Below are positions 19,853-28,412 of a stretch of DNA of 32,000 nucleotides, piece by piece. The stretch is from positions 60,001 to 92,000 of the forward strand of contig NC_005070.1 of NCBI RefSeq assembly GCF_000195975.1, given 5' to 3'. How positions within the stretch are numbered: position 1 is the first letter of the stretch; each line of letters starts with the position of its first letter. The notes beneath the pieces are model-generated. The model saw only the letters and a program-made list of their open reading frames with translations, was not told the origin of the DNA and did no database searches. The DNA comes from Parasynechococcus marenigrum WH 8102. GTDB taxonomy: Bacteria > Cyanobacteriota > Cyanobacteriia > PCC-6307 > Cyanobiaceae. Position numbers and translations under genes: made by a program.

Positions 19853-20335
19853 ATGACGACGTTTGAAGGGCGGTTCACCGACACTGCGGATCTGCGCATC
19901 GCTGTTGTGGTGGCGCGATTCAACGATCTGGTGACGTCGAAGCTGCTCAGTGGATGTCTTGATTGTCTGTCAAGGCATGGCATTGATACAGCAGAGACCA
20001 GCTCTCAGCTGGATGTTGCTTGGGTTCCCGGTTCTTTTGAGTTACCCATCGTTGCTCAGAACCTTGCACAAAGTGGTCGTTATCAGGTGGTGATTACGCT
20101 TGGCGCTGTGATTCGTGGAGATACGCCTCACTTTGATGTTGTTGTTGCCGAAGCCAGTAAGGGGATCGCAACTGTGGCGCGCGAGTCGGGTGTTCCGGTG
20201 ATTTTTGGTGTGTTGACGACAGACACCATGCAGCAGGCTCTGGAGAGAGCAGGGATTAAAAGTAATTTGGGCTGGAGTTACGGCTTACAGGCTCTGGAAA
20301 TGGGAAGTTTGATGGCAGCACTGGCCCAGTCGTGA
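19853..20335 (+). CDS. ribH: 6,7-dimethyl-8-ribityllumazine synthase
   Basis: Motifs [42 protein letters not shown] and VIFGVLT. Confidence 0.93.
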   Translation: MTTFEGRFTDTADLRIAVVVARFNDLVTSKLLSGCLDCLSRHGIDTAETSSQLDVAWVPGSFELPIVAQNLAQSGRYQVVITLGAVIRGDTPHFDVVVAEASKGIATVARESGVPVIFGVLTTDTMQQALERAGIKSNLGWSYGLQALEMGSLMAALAQS

Positions 20336-21060
20336 GACTTCCAGACTTTCTCGGGATTGGCACCCAGAAAGGTGGAACCACGTTTGTGTACGAACTGCTG
20401 AAGCAGCATCCGCAGGTGTTTATGGCTGCTCCGAAAGAGCAGCATTTTTTTACGCTTCATTGGCAGCAAGGTGTTGACTGGTATCGAAATCAATTTGCAT
20501 TGGCAACAAGTGATCAGATGTGTGGAGAGGTAACTCCTTATTATTTATTTCATCCGGAAGCGCCACGGCGCATTCACTCTGTGATGCCGAGGACCAAGTT
20601 GATTGTCGTACTGCGGGATCCGGTTGAACGCGCCTTGTCTCAGTATTTCCACAGCAAGCGTTTGGGTCTGGAAGCATTGAGCTTGGAGGATGCTTTGGCT
20701 GCGGAGCCGCAGCGATTAGAGGATAGTGATGAGGTTTTAGCGACCGGCAAACCGCATCGAAGTCATCAGCAGCATAGTTATGTGAGTCGTGGACGGTATG
20801 AGCAACAAATCAGCCGTTTTAAGCAGTTTTTTTCTAACCAACAATTGCTGTTGATGCGCAGTGAGCAATTGTTTGCGCAGCCTGATGTTGCATGGAGACA
20901 AATTCTTGATTTTCTTGGCTTGAGTTTTGTTCAATGCCCTCAGCAAAAGCCTGTTTATGCTGGTGGTGGTGAGGCTGCCAATGTGTCCTCTGAAATTAAA
21001 AACCAATTGCGCCAACAGCTAAGTAGTACTTACCAATGGATGCAGGATAGTTTCGAATGA
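20332..21060 (+). CDS. Sulfotransferase, Sulfotransfer_1-like (heparan-sulfate sulfotransferase-like fold)
   Basis: PAPS 5'-PSB loop [14 protein letters not shown], then EQHFF, WYRNQF, GEVTPYY, and the 3'-PB text [19 protein letters not shown]. The GTG start overlaps the ribH stop (GTGA, 20332-20335). GC is low. Confidence 0.75.
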   Translation: MRLPDFLGIGTQKGGTTFVYELLKQHPQVFMAAPKEQHFFTLHWQQGVDWYRNQFALATSDQMCGEVTPYYLFHPEAPRRIHSVMPRTKLIVVLRDPVERALSQYFHSKRLGLEALSLEDALAAEPQRLEDSDEVLATGKPHRSHQQHSYVSRGRYEQQISRFKQFFSNQQLLLMRSEQLFAQPDVAWRQILDFLGLSFVQCPQQKPVYAGGGEAANVSSEIKNQLRQQLSSTYQWMQDSFE

Positions 21061-22268
21061 ACCTTCTTTTTATCCATGGTAACTTTCCGGGTCAGTTTAA
21101 GGATATTGCCCCTGCTCTTGCTTTGAATACCAACGGCAAGACATATTTTCTCAGTTTATCGGATAATCCCCAGAATATTGTTCTTCCGCGGGTTCAGTTT
21201 CGTCAATTTAAGCTGCATCGAGATGTCGGTTCTGAGACGCATGCCTATGTGCAATCGGCTGAGCTTGCTGTGCTCAAGGGACAAGCCGTGCTTCGTGCGC
21301 TTGATCAGTTGCATAAACAGGAAGGTTTTATGCCAGATGTTGTGATTTGCCACGGCGGCATGGGGTTTGGCCTTTTTGTGAAATCATTATTGCCTAATGT
21401 TCGCTTGATTTCCTACTTGGAGTGGTACTTTACGCCGTCAAATAGCCAAGAGTTGATTCTGAATCCCTCTATTAACGATTTTTGTCGTCTGGAATGTCGG
21501 AATATTCCTATTCTCCAGGAAGCAGCACAGGCTGATCAGCTGGTCTGTCCAACACGTTGGCAAAGGGATCAATTTCCAGCATTCATCAGGGATCGTATTC
21601 AGGTTGTTTTTGATGGCGTTGATCTTGATTTCTTCAGCCCCGGGCCTCCAGCTGATCCACTTGTTCTCAACGCCAATCGTGAATCACCACTGCAATTCAC
21701 ATCTGATCAGTTGTTGTTGACCTATGGAACGCGAGGGATGGAGCCACTCCGTGGTTTTCCTGAATTCATGCGGGCTGCTGCAGTTGCTCAACAGACGTTT
21801 CCTCAGTTACATGTCATTGTATTTGGAAAAGATCGTTCAGCTTATAGTTATCCAAGCCCTCACCCGAGTGGTAGTTGGAAACAATTCATGCTTGAACAGT
21901 TGGAAGGGCAGCTGGATCTAGAAAGGCTGCATTTTACAGGCTTACTCAATTACGGCGAGTTGGTTCAGTTGTTCCGTCGTAGCGATCTTCATTGTTATTT
22001 CACGCGTCCATATGTGGTGAGCTGGGGTGTTTTCCAAGCTGTTGCTTGCGGTGCTCGGTTGCTGGTGAATGACTTTGCAGGTATCGATGAAGTGTTTGAT
22101 GGAAAGCCCTTCTTCTCCCCGGTAGATCTCGACCATCAAGAGCAAATTAATGCCTCTGTTATTGAATGTCTGCGTGTTGAAAAGGAATCAAATGCTGTTA
22201 GTCTTCCCTCTTCGCTTTCACTGTCGTCATGCATTGCCCAATGGGTTGATTTAATCTTTTCTATGTAA
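21057..22268 (+). CDS. Glycosyltransferase, GT-B fold (GT4 / group-1-like)
   Basis: 403 aa. The N-terminal half is [14 protein letters not shown]...VICHGGMGFGLF. The C-terminal half resembles a Glycos_transf_1 donor-binding domain (LLTYGTRGMEPLRGF...FGKD...FTGLLNYGELVQLFRRSDLHCYFTRPYVVSWGVFQAVACGARLL). The ATG overlaps the upstream stop (ATGA, 21057-21060). This is the lowest-GC coding stretch in the window. Confidence 0.65.
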   Translation: MNLLFIHGNFPGQFKDIAPALALNTNGKTYFLSLSDNPQNIVLPRVQFRQFKLHRDVGSETHAYVQSAELAVLKGQAVLRALDQLHKQEGFMPDVVICHGGMGFGLFVKSLLPNVRLISYLEWYFTPSNSQELILNPSINDFCRLECRNIPILQEAAQADQLVCPTRWQRDQFPAFIRDRIQVVFDGVDLDFFSPGPPADPLVLNANRESPLQFTSDQLLLTYGTRGMEPLRGFPEFMRAAAVAQQTFPQLHVIVFGKDRSAYSYPSPHPSGSWKQFMLEQLEGQLDLERLHFTGLLNYGELVQLFRRSDLHCYFTRPYVVSWGVFQAVACGARLLVNDFAGIDEVFDGKPFFSPVDLDHQEQINASVIECLRVEKESNAVSLPSSLSLSSCIAQWVDLIFSM

Positions 22269-22478
22269 TCTTGTTCGTCAAAGGGTTTAGGTTTTTGCTT
22301 TGAATAAAGCGGTTGATTAAAGAGTATCTATCCCTCTTAGGGTTTTGTATGCTCTAAAAATTACTGACTGATGTTGCCCTTGAGGCCATATCATTAAATA
22401 TAGTATTTTTCTTTTGGATCTATGGGTGATTTTGGTTTTAATTTATTGGCGGTACTTTTCAGTTTGTTTGGTTGCCAA

Positions 22479-22506
22479 TAAAAAAGCCCCTCCTAAAGGA
22501 GGGGCT
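22479..22506 (-). terminator. Rho-independent terminator of the swmA-like gene (structurally bidirectional hairpin)
   Basis: A perfect 9-bp stem, agcccctcc (22485-22493) with ggaggggct (22498-22506), encloses a 4-nt loop. On the minus strand it is followed by TTTTTTATT. It lies 27 nt downstream of the stop at 22533. Confidence 0.85.
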
Positions 22507-22532
22507 GAATATTTGACTTGACGGTGATCAGA

Positions 22533-25100
22533 TCAAGCGAAAATCACAAGATCAGTTGAAGTCAATGTAGGCGCAGTAGCTCCGTTTAATAGAGTTGCAA
22601 CAGTAACTGCCGTGTTGTTAGTGCCAGTTCCGTCAGCGTCGAAGCTGAGGACACCGGTGTCTGTGTTGTACAGGAACTGTGCATAAGCCTGATCCACGAC
22701 TGCAGGGGCGGCTGTAGTACCAGACTTCAAGGCAGTTGCGTTGAAGGTGGATGCGTTGTCTCCAGATGGTGGAGTGTAGGAACCAACAATGGCTGAATTT
22801 GCATTTGATGAAATTGCAGCATCACTGAAGGCCAGAGCTTCACCGTTAAGAGAAATGGCCTCGTTCGAGAGAGCTGTGGTGTTTTGAGCATTAGCCGTAG
22901 CAGTGCTCTTTCCGTAATCGGTAATGGTATCTCCCCAGTTTGCAACTGTTGAGAAGTCGTAGAAATCAATTCCAAGACCACCAGTGATGCTGTCAACACC
23001 ACCGCCACCATTAAAGGTGTCAGCGCCAGCTGAACCTGTAATGGTGTCAGCGGAGGCACCGCCAGTGACATTCACTGAACCATCAGTTTCAGCGCTTGCG
23101 TTGAAGGTGAGCTTGCCTGTGAAGCTTGCATTGTTGGTCGTAACTGTCAGGCTCTTGCCGGATGCAATTGTTGTATCGAGGAGCGTGATGGATGCGTTGT
23201 CTTTTGCATTTTCCAGTTTGACGACTTCCACTTCAGACACTCTGTCGAGAATGTTGGTGGAGGCAGATTTGTGACTGAAAGCGATGGTATCAGTACCGTC
23301 ACCACCAGTGATGAGGTCGTCTTTAGAAAGGTCGGTGTTCAGATCGAGGTAGTCATCTCCATCACCACCAACAAGAATGTCGGTACCTTCAGTACCAGCA
23401 TCAATCGTGTCAGCTCCTTCACCACCGGTGAGGCTGTCACCACCGGATCCACCAGTGATTTGATCAGCGCCATCACCACCCAAAATGGTGTTGTCACCTT
23501 CAGTACCCTTCAGGATCATTCCCTGAGTGGCACCGTTACCTGCAGAGTTATCGATCAAGGAACCTGCAGTGGTTGCGCTTGCGGAGAGGTCAATACCAGC
23601 GATGTAGTCCTCTGCACTGCTGTCGAAGACGATTGATGAACCGGTGGTCACCGCATCTGTAGTGGCGATGATCAGACCTTCGGCCGCGATAGTACGCTTA
23701 CCATCTGTTCCAGCGCTCATCGTAACTCGATCGAACGAGTCAATATCGATGAAAGACAATGCCTCAGCGACATTTGCTTTTACGTAAGTGCCATCACCGA
23801 CAGTGATTGAGTCGACGACATCACCAGCGGTGAAGAATTCAGCGAAGGATGAATACTGAAGGCTAGTTGCGTATTTAGCATCTGTAGAACCTGCTGCGAC
23901 AATTGTGTCTACGCCAGCACCACCAATGACAGTGTGGAACTTTTCATCAGCAGCCGTAACTACAGTGTTGACGTTAATTGAGTCAGCACCTTCGCCGCCC
24001 GAAACCATGCTGGCTTCATTTGTGCCAATGCTGATGACGTCGTCGCCTTTGTCACCGTAGTACGTACGAGATCCATCGGCACTACTAATGATGGTGTCAT
24101 TACCTTGTCCACCGAAAATGGTTTCATCGGACTCAGAGGTAGCACCATCGATTTTGTCGTTGCCGGAATTACCCTTGGCTACTAATTCTGAACCAGCTCG
24201 GGCGGCAGTCAGGGAAAGTGTGTCAGCTCCATCGCCACCGAATACGCTTGCACCTGAAACAACACTAGCAATTTCAATTGTGTCGTTATCATTATCACCG
24301 TGAACAGCTACTGCAGCGGCTGTATCGATCTTGATTGAATCGTTGTCCTTGCCGCCGTAGAACCTGTTGCCAGTTCCCGCAAGAGTAAGATCGAGCGTAT
24401 CAGCACCCTCGCCACCCTTCGCGATCAGGTTGGAGTGAGAACCTGAGATAGATAGGTTGTCATTATCTCCACCAGCGTCAACTAAAGAATCCAGTGATTC
24501 AGCAACACTGATCGCGTCGCGGGCTGCACCGCCCCTAACGGTCACACTAGTGATCCGCTTGTTGAACGTGAGGGAGTCATCATCAGCACCACCGTCAACG
24601 ATGGTTCCACCACTCACCTTGTCGGTGAAAGTGATTGTGTCCTTATTGGTGTCTCCGTAGACAACTCCACCAACAACAGCTCGGTCGAAAGTGATGCTGT
24701 CAGCGGCCTTACCACCGTAAACCGAAGTGTTTGTGGTTGCACCCTTGATGGTGATGTAGTCAGCAGCTGCACCGCCTTTGATCATGGCGTCAGCAACGTC
24801 ACCCATTGCGGTGAGGGTGTCTGAGTCGCCTGCGCCATAGAGCTCAAAACCAGTTGAGGTCTCTTCGACAACGACCTCGTCGTTTCCTTCCTTGGCGTCA
24901 AGGAACCAATCCTTGAGCTCGGAAACTTCGATGTAGTCGGGATTGGAAGTACCGCCTGCGACGGTGGTGAGAGTTGCCACGGAAGGAATGTGGATAATGG
25001 CTTCCGACGAAGGGTATCGGCTTATTACACGGGATGTCAATCCATGTTCCGCTTCCGTGACTGGCGCGAATTCCAGCTGTGGCCATGCATTTGGCCTCAT
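22533..25100 (-). CDS. swmA: Cysteine-free RTX/beta-roll cell-surface (S-layer) protein, SwmA-like (non-flagellar swimming motility protein)
   Basis: 855 codons, rich in Gly/Asp/Thr/Ser/Ala with no Cys. Canonical GGxGxDxUx nonapeptide runs are present: LGGDGADQITGGSGGDSLTGGEGADTIDAG...VGGDGDDYL and TGGASADTITGSAGADTFNGGGGVDSITGGLGIDF. The N-terminal half carries degenerate ~18-20-aa Gly-Gly/Asp repeats. There is no N-terminal signal peptide. The C-terminus ends ...DTGVLSFDADGTGTNNTAVTVATLLNGATAPTLTSTDLVIFA, a type-I-secretion style acidic-then-hydrophobic end. The SwmA identification comes from my memory of the WH8102 protein (Ca-binding motifs, many N-x-S/T sequons) and is not verified. The start is ambiguous between ATG 25100 and in-frame TTG 25040. 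Confidence 0.8.
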   Translation of the reverse strand: MRPNAWPQLEFAPVTEAEHGLTSRVISRYPSSEAIIHIPSVATLTTVAGGTSNPDYIEVSELKDWFLDAKEGNDEVVVEETSTGFELYGAGDSDTLTAMGDVADAMIKGGAAADYITIKGATTNTSVYGGKAADSITFDRAVVGGVVYGDTNKDTITFTDKVSGGTIVDGGADDDSLTFNKRITSVTVRGGAARDAISVAESLDSLVDAGGDNDNLSISGSHSNLIAKGGEGADTLDLTLAGTGNRFYGGKDNDSIKIDTAAAVAVHGDNDNDTIEIASVVSGASVFGGDGADTLSLTAARAGSELVAKGNSGNDKIDGATSESDETIFGGQGNDTIISSADGSRTYYGDKGDDVISIGTNEASMVSGGEGADSINVNTVVTAADEKFHTVIGGAGVDTIVAAGSTDAKYATSLQYSSFAEFFTAGDVVDSITVGDGTYVKANVAEALSFIDIDSFDRVTMSAGTDGKRTIAAEGLIIATTDAVTTGSSIVFDSSAEDYIAGIDLSASATTAGSLIDNSAGNGATQGMILKGTEGDNTILGGDGADQITGGSGGDSLTGGEGADTIDAGTEGTDILVGGDGDDYLDLNTDLSKDDLITGGDGTDTIAFSHKSASTNILDRVSEVEVVKLENAKDNASITLLDTTIASGKSLTVTTNNASFTGKLTFNASAETDGSVNVTGGASADTITGSAGADTFNGGGGVDSITGGLGIDFYDFSTVANWGDTITDYGKSTATANAQNTTALSNEAISLNGEALAFSDAAISSNANSAIVGSYTPPSGDNASTFNATALKSGTTAAPAVVDQAYAQFLYNTDTGVLSFDADGTGTNNTAVTVATLLNGATAPTLTSTDLVIFA
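22953..23069 (-). repeat. Canonical RTX nonapeptide block 2
   Basis: aa 678-716: VTGGASADTITGSAGADTFNGGGGVDSITGGLGIDFYDF. Confidence 0.85.
23283..23489 (-). repeat. Canonical RTX nonapeptide block 1
   Basis: aa 538-606: TILGGDGADQITGGSGGDSLTGGEGADTIDAGTEGTDILVGGDGDDYLDLNTDLSKDDLITGGDGTDTI. Confidence 0.85.
23886..24848 (-). repeat. Degenerate beta-roll/beta-helix-like repeats in the N-terminal half of the swmA-like gene
   Basis: aa ~85-405 show recurring xYGGxxxDxIxF / GGxGADxLxL-type units, for example YGGKAADSITF, YGDTNKDTITF, DGGADDDSLTF, RGGAARDAISV, AGGDNDNLSI, KGGEGADTLDL, YGGKDNDSIKI, HGDNDNDTIEI, FGGDGADTLSL, FGGQGNDTII, YGDKGDDVISI, SGGEGADSINV and IGGAGVDTIV. Confidence 0.75.
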
Positions 25101-25192
25101 CCCCTAGCAGTGCAGGCCGTCCTGAGTCTTGACCAAGGGACCGTTGGTAGTCCATGATGCATTGGCCGACGGACGAGGTCTGCGGCAAATTT

Positions 25193-25264
25193 GCGGATGT
25201 AGCTCAGTGGTAGAGCATCTCCTTGCCAAGGAGAGGGTCGAGAGTTCGAATCTCTTCATCCGCT
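25193..25264 (+). tRNA. trnG-GCC: tRNA-Gly (anticodon GCC)
   Basis: Hand-folded cloverleaf of 72 nt. The acceptor is GCGGATG/CATCCGC. The D-arm is GCTC-AGTGGTA-GAGC. The anticodon arm is TCTCC-TTGCCAA-GGAGA (anticodon GCC). The variable loop is GGGTC. The T-arm is GAGAG-TTCGAAT-CTCTT, and the discriminator is T. CCA is not encoded. Confidence 0.93.
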
Positions 25265-25591
25265 TTGATGGTTTCACTAATCTATCGGAATATTCATTAA
25301 TGATGCTTTTGCATCAGCACTGCGAGGGTAGACGGGTGTGAGGCCTCGATTTTGCAACTGAAAATCGGAATAATTTGCTTTAAGTTGTTTAATGGGTCAT
25401 ATATCGATTTAAGTGAATTCAAATTTAAGGAGATATTGATCGAATAAGTCTTATTTTGCTTTCGTGTTCGACCGAATGTTTTTGGTTAACGTATTGTTCT
25501 GCGTGATATTTATGAGTTCATTTTAGTCGGTTTGAAATCCTCATGACCAAGTCCCGTTAGGCTCTCCAGATCAATGGATTCCGTCTAGGCC
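25265..25591. other. AT-rich non-coding spacer (tRNA-Gly to secA); presumably contains the secA promoter and 5'UTR and marks an island edge
   Basis: 327 nt with no ORF longer than a few codons. It is much more AT-rich than the flanks. It contains small hairpins at 25301-25316 (6-bp stem) and 25347-25367 (7-bp stem cgatttt/aaaatcg). I could not identify a recognisable promoter consensus with confidence. Confidence 0.4.
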
Positions 25592-28405
25592 ATGCTCAAG
25601 CTCCTGCTGGGTGACCCCAATGCCCGCAAGCTGAAGCGCTACCAGCCGATTGTGTCCGACATCAATCTGCTGGAGGAGGACATATTCCCTCTTTCGGATG
25701 ATGCCCTGCGGGACAAGACGGCAGCCTTCCAGGAGCAGCTGGCGAGTGCGGGCAGCCTCGAGAATCAGCGGCCGATCCTCGATGAGATCCTGCCGGAGGC
25801 CTTTGCAGTGGTGCGTGAGGCCGGTAAGCGTGTGCTCGGTATGCGCCACTTCGATGTTCAATTGATCGGCGGCATGGTGCTGCATGAGGGTCAGATCGCT
25901 GAAATGAAAACTGGGGAAGGCAAGACCCTGGTGGCCACGTTGCCCAGCTACCTCAACGCCCTCACTGGTCGTGGTGTGCATGTGGTCACCGTCAACGACT
26001 ACCTCGCCCGTCGTGATGCGGAATGGATGGGGCAGGTGCATCGCTTCCTCGGTCTCTCTGTGGGCTTGATCCAGCAGGACATGCGTCCTGAGGAAAGGCG
26101 CCGCAACTACAACTGCGACATCACCTACGCCACTAACTCCGAGTTGGGCTTCGACTACCTGCGGGACAACATGGCCGCAGACATCAGCGAAGTCGTTCAA
26201 CGGGAGTTTCAATACTGCGTGATCGACGAGGTTGACTCGATCCTGATCGATGAAGCCCGCACGCCGTTGATCATTTCCGGCCAGGTGCAGCGGCCCCAGG
26301 AGAAATACCAGCAGGCGGCCCAGGTTGCGCAGGCGCTCACTAGGGCTGCGGAGATGGGGAAAGACGGCATTGATCCGGAAGGCGACTACGAGGTCGACGA
26401 GAAGCAGCGCAGCTGCACCCTCACCGATGAGGGCTTCGCCAAGGCTGAGCAGATGCTGGGGGTGCAGGATCTGTTTGATCCCCAGGACCCCTGGGCCCAC
26501 TACATCACCAATGCCCTCAAGGCCAAGGATCTGTTCGTTAAGGACGTTAATTACATCGTTCGTGATGGCGAAGCCGTGATCGTTGATGAGTTCACCGGTC
26601 GTGTGATGCCCGGCCGTCGCTGGAGCGATGGCCAACACCAGGCGATTGAAGCCAAGGAAGCGCTGCCGATTCAGGCTGAAACCCAAACCCTTGCGTCCAT
26701 CACCTACCAGAATTTCTTCCTGCTCTACCCGCGCCTGGCAGGGATGACCGGCACGGCCAAAACGGAAGAGGTGGAGTTCGAGAAGACCTACAAGCTCGAA
26801 ACCACCATCGTCCCCACCAACCGGGTCCGCGCCCGCCAGGACTGGCCCGACCAGGTCTACAAAACAGAAACCGCCAAGTGGCGGGCTGTGGCCAACGAAA
26901 CCGTTGATATTCACAAGAACGGCAGGCCCGTGTTGGTGGGCACCACCTCCGTTGAAAAGAGCGAACTGCTTAGTGCCCTGCTGGCTGAGCAAGAGATTCC
27001 CCACAACCTGCTCAACGCCAAGCCGGAGAACGTTGAGCGGGAATCGGAAATCGTGGCTCAGGCCGGTCGCGCCGGGGCGGTCACCATCGCCACCAACATG
27101 GCGGGTCGTGGTACCGACATCATTCTTGGTGGCAACAGCGATTACATGGCTCGGCTCAAGCTGCGCGAGGTGTTGCTGGGTCGATTGGTGAAACCCGAGG
27201 AGAATCACAAACCACCCGTTCCCTTGCAGCGCAACGCCGCGGCAGGCTTTTCAGAGGCGCCAACCGCGTCGGCGACCCCCAGTCGCGACAGCCTCTACCC
27301 CTGTGTTCTCACGGACGACACCGATCAGACTCTGGCTCAGCTGGCTCGGGATCTGGTGAAGGCCTGGGGCGATCGGGCCTTGACCTTGATCGAGCTGGAG
27401 GAACGCATTGCCACGGCAGCCGAGAAGGCTCCCACCGATGACCCCAACATTCAGGCCCTGCGTGCGGCCACCGCTCGAGTTAAGGGTGAGTTCGATGCAG
27501 TGGTCAAGCAGGAAGAGCAGCGGGTTCGCGAAGCCGGTGGGTTGCATGTGATCGGCACCGAGCGGCACGAATCTCGCCGGGTCGACAACCAGTTGCGTGG
27601 CCGTGCCGGCCGCCAGGGTGATCCGGGCTCCACACGCTTTTTCCTCTCCCTCGGCGACAACCTGCTGCGGATCTTCGGGGGTGACCGGGTGGCCGGGTTG
27701 ATGAATGCCTTCCGGGTGGAAGAGGATATGCCGATCGAATCCGGCATGCTCACCCGTTCGTTGGAAGGCGCTCAGAAGAAGGTGGAAACCTATTACTACG
27801 ACATCCGTAAACAGGTGTTCGAATACGACGAGGTGATGAACAATCAGCGCCGCGCCGTGTATTCCGAACGCCGCCGTGTGTTGGATGGCCGTGCCCTTAA
27901 AAAACAGGTGATTGGTTACGGCGAACGCACGATGAATGAGATCGTGGAGGCCTATGTGAACCCCGATCTGCCGCCGGAGGAGTGGGATACGGCGCAGTTG
28001 GTCGCCAAGGTGAAGGAGTTTGTTTATCTCTTGGAGGATCTCACCCCCGAGCAGGTGCAGGGCCTAGGGATGGACGAACTCAAAGCATTCCTGCAGGAAC
28101 AGCTGCGCAATGCCTACGACATCAAGGAGGGTCAGGTGGAGCAGCAGCGCCCTGGTTTGATGCGAGAAGCGGAACGCTTTTTCATCCTTCAACAGATCGA
28201 TACCCTCTGGCGCGAACACCTCCAGGCCATGGATGCCCTCAGGGAATCCGTCGGTTTGCGTGGTTATGGTCAGAAGGATCCACTGATCGAATATAAAAAC
28301 GAGGGCTACGACATGTTCCTCGAAATGATGACGAACATGCGGCGGAATGTGATCTACTCCATGTTTATGTTCCAACCTGCCGCTCCTCAACAGAGTCAGG
28401 TCTGA
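25592..28405 (+). CDS. secA: Preprotein translocase ATPase SecA
   Basis: The N-terminus is [19 protein letters not shown]. Walker A context is [14 protein letters not shown], and the DEAD-like motif is [31 protein letters not shown] is also present. Confidence 0.97.
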   Translation: MLKLLLGDPNARKLKRYQPIVSDINLLEEDIFPLSDDALRDKTAAFQEQLASAGSLENQRPILDEILPEAFAVVREAGKRVLGMRHFDVQLIGGMVLHEGQIAEMKTGEGKTLVATLPSYLNALTGRGVHVVTVNDYLARRDAEWMGQVHRFLGLSVGLIQQDMRPEERRRNYNCDITYATNSELGFDYLRDNMAADISEVVQREFQYCVIDEVDSILIDEARTPLIISGQVQRPQEKYQQAAQVAQALTRAAEMGKDGIDPEGDYEVDEKQRSCTLTDEGFAKAEQMLGVQDLFDPQDPWAHYITNALKAKDLFVKDVNYIVRDGEAVIVDEFTGRVMPGRRWSDGQHQAIEAKEALPIQAETQTLASITYQNFFLLYPRLAGMTGTAKTEEVEFEKTYKLETTIVPTNRVRARQDWPDQVYKTETAKWRAVANETVDIHKNGRPVLVGTTSVEKSELLSALLAEQEIPHNLLNAKPENVERESEIVAQAGRAGAVTIATNMAGRGTDIILGGNSDYMARLKLREVLLGRLVKPEENHKPPVPLQRNAAAGFSEAPTASATPSRDSLYPCVLTDDTDQTLAQLARDLVKAWGDRALTLIELEERIATAAEKAPTDDPNIQALRAATARVKGEFDAVVKQEEQRVREAGGLHVIGTERHESRRVDNQLRGRAGRQGDPGSTRFFLSLGDNLLRIFGGDRVAGLMNAFRVEEDMPIESGMLTRSLEGAQKKVETYYYDIRKQVFEYDEVMNNQRRAVYSERRRVLDGRALKKQVIGYGERTMNEIVEAYVNPDLPPEEWDTAQLVAKVKEFVYLLEDLTPEQVQGLGMDELKAFLQEQLRNAYDIKEGQVEQQRPGLMREAERFFILQQIDTLWREHLQAMDALRESVGLRGYGQKDPLIEYKNEGYDMFLEMMTNMRRNVIYSMFMFQPAAPQQSQV

Positions 28406-28412
28406 AGGCGTC

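Noticed and set aside
25129-25341. 70-codon plus-strand ORF
   Set aside because: It reads straight through the tRNA-Gly gene, which folds into a complete cloverleaf, so the ORF is spurious.
19853-25591. Integrated prophage, ICE or transposon next to tRNA-Gly
   Set aside because: No integrase, transposase, recombinase or phage structural ORFs appear in any frame. I found no inverted terminal repeats or duplicated tRNA 3' end by eye. The region is compositionally an island but shows no evidence of current mobility.
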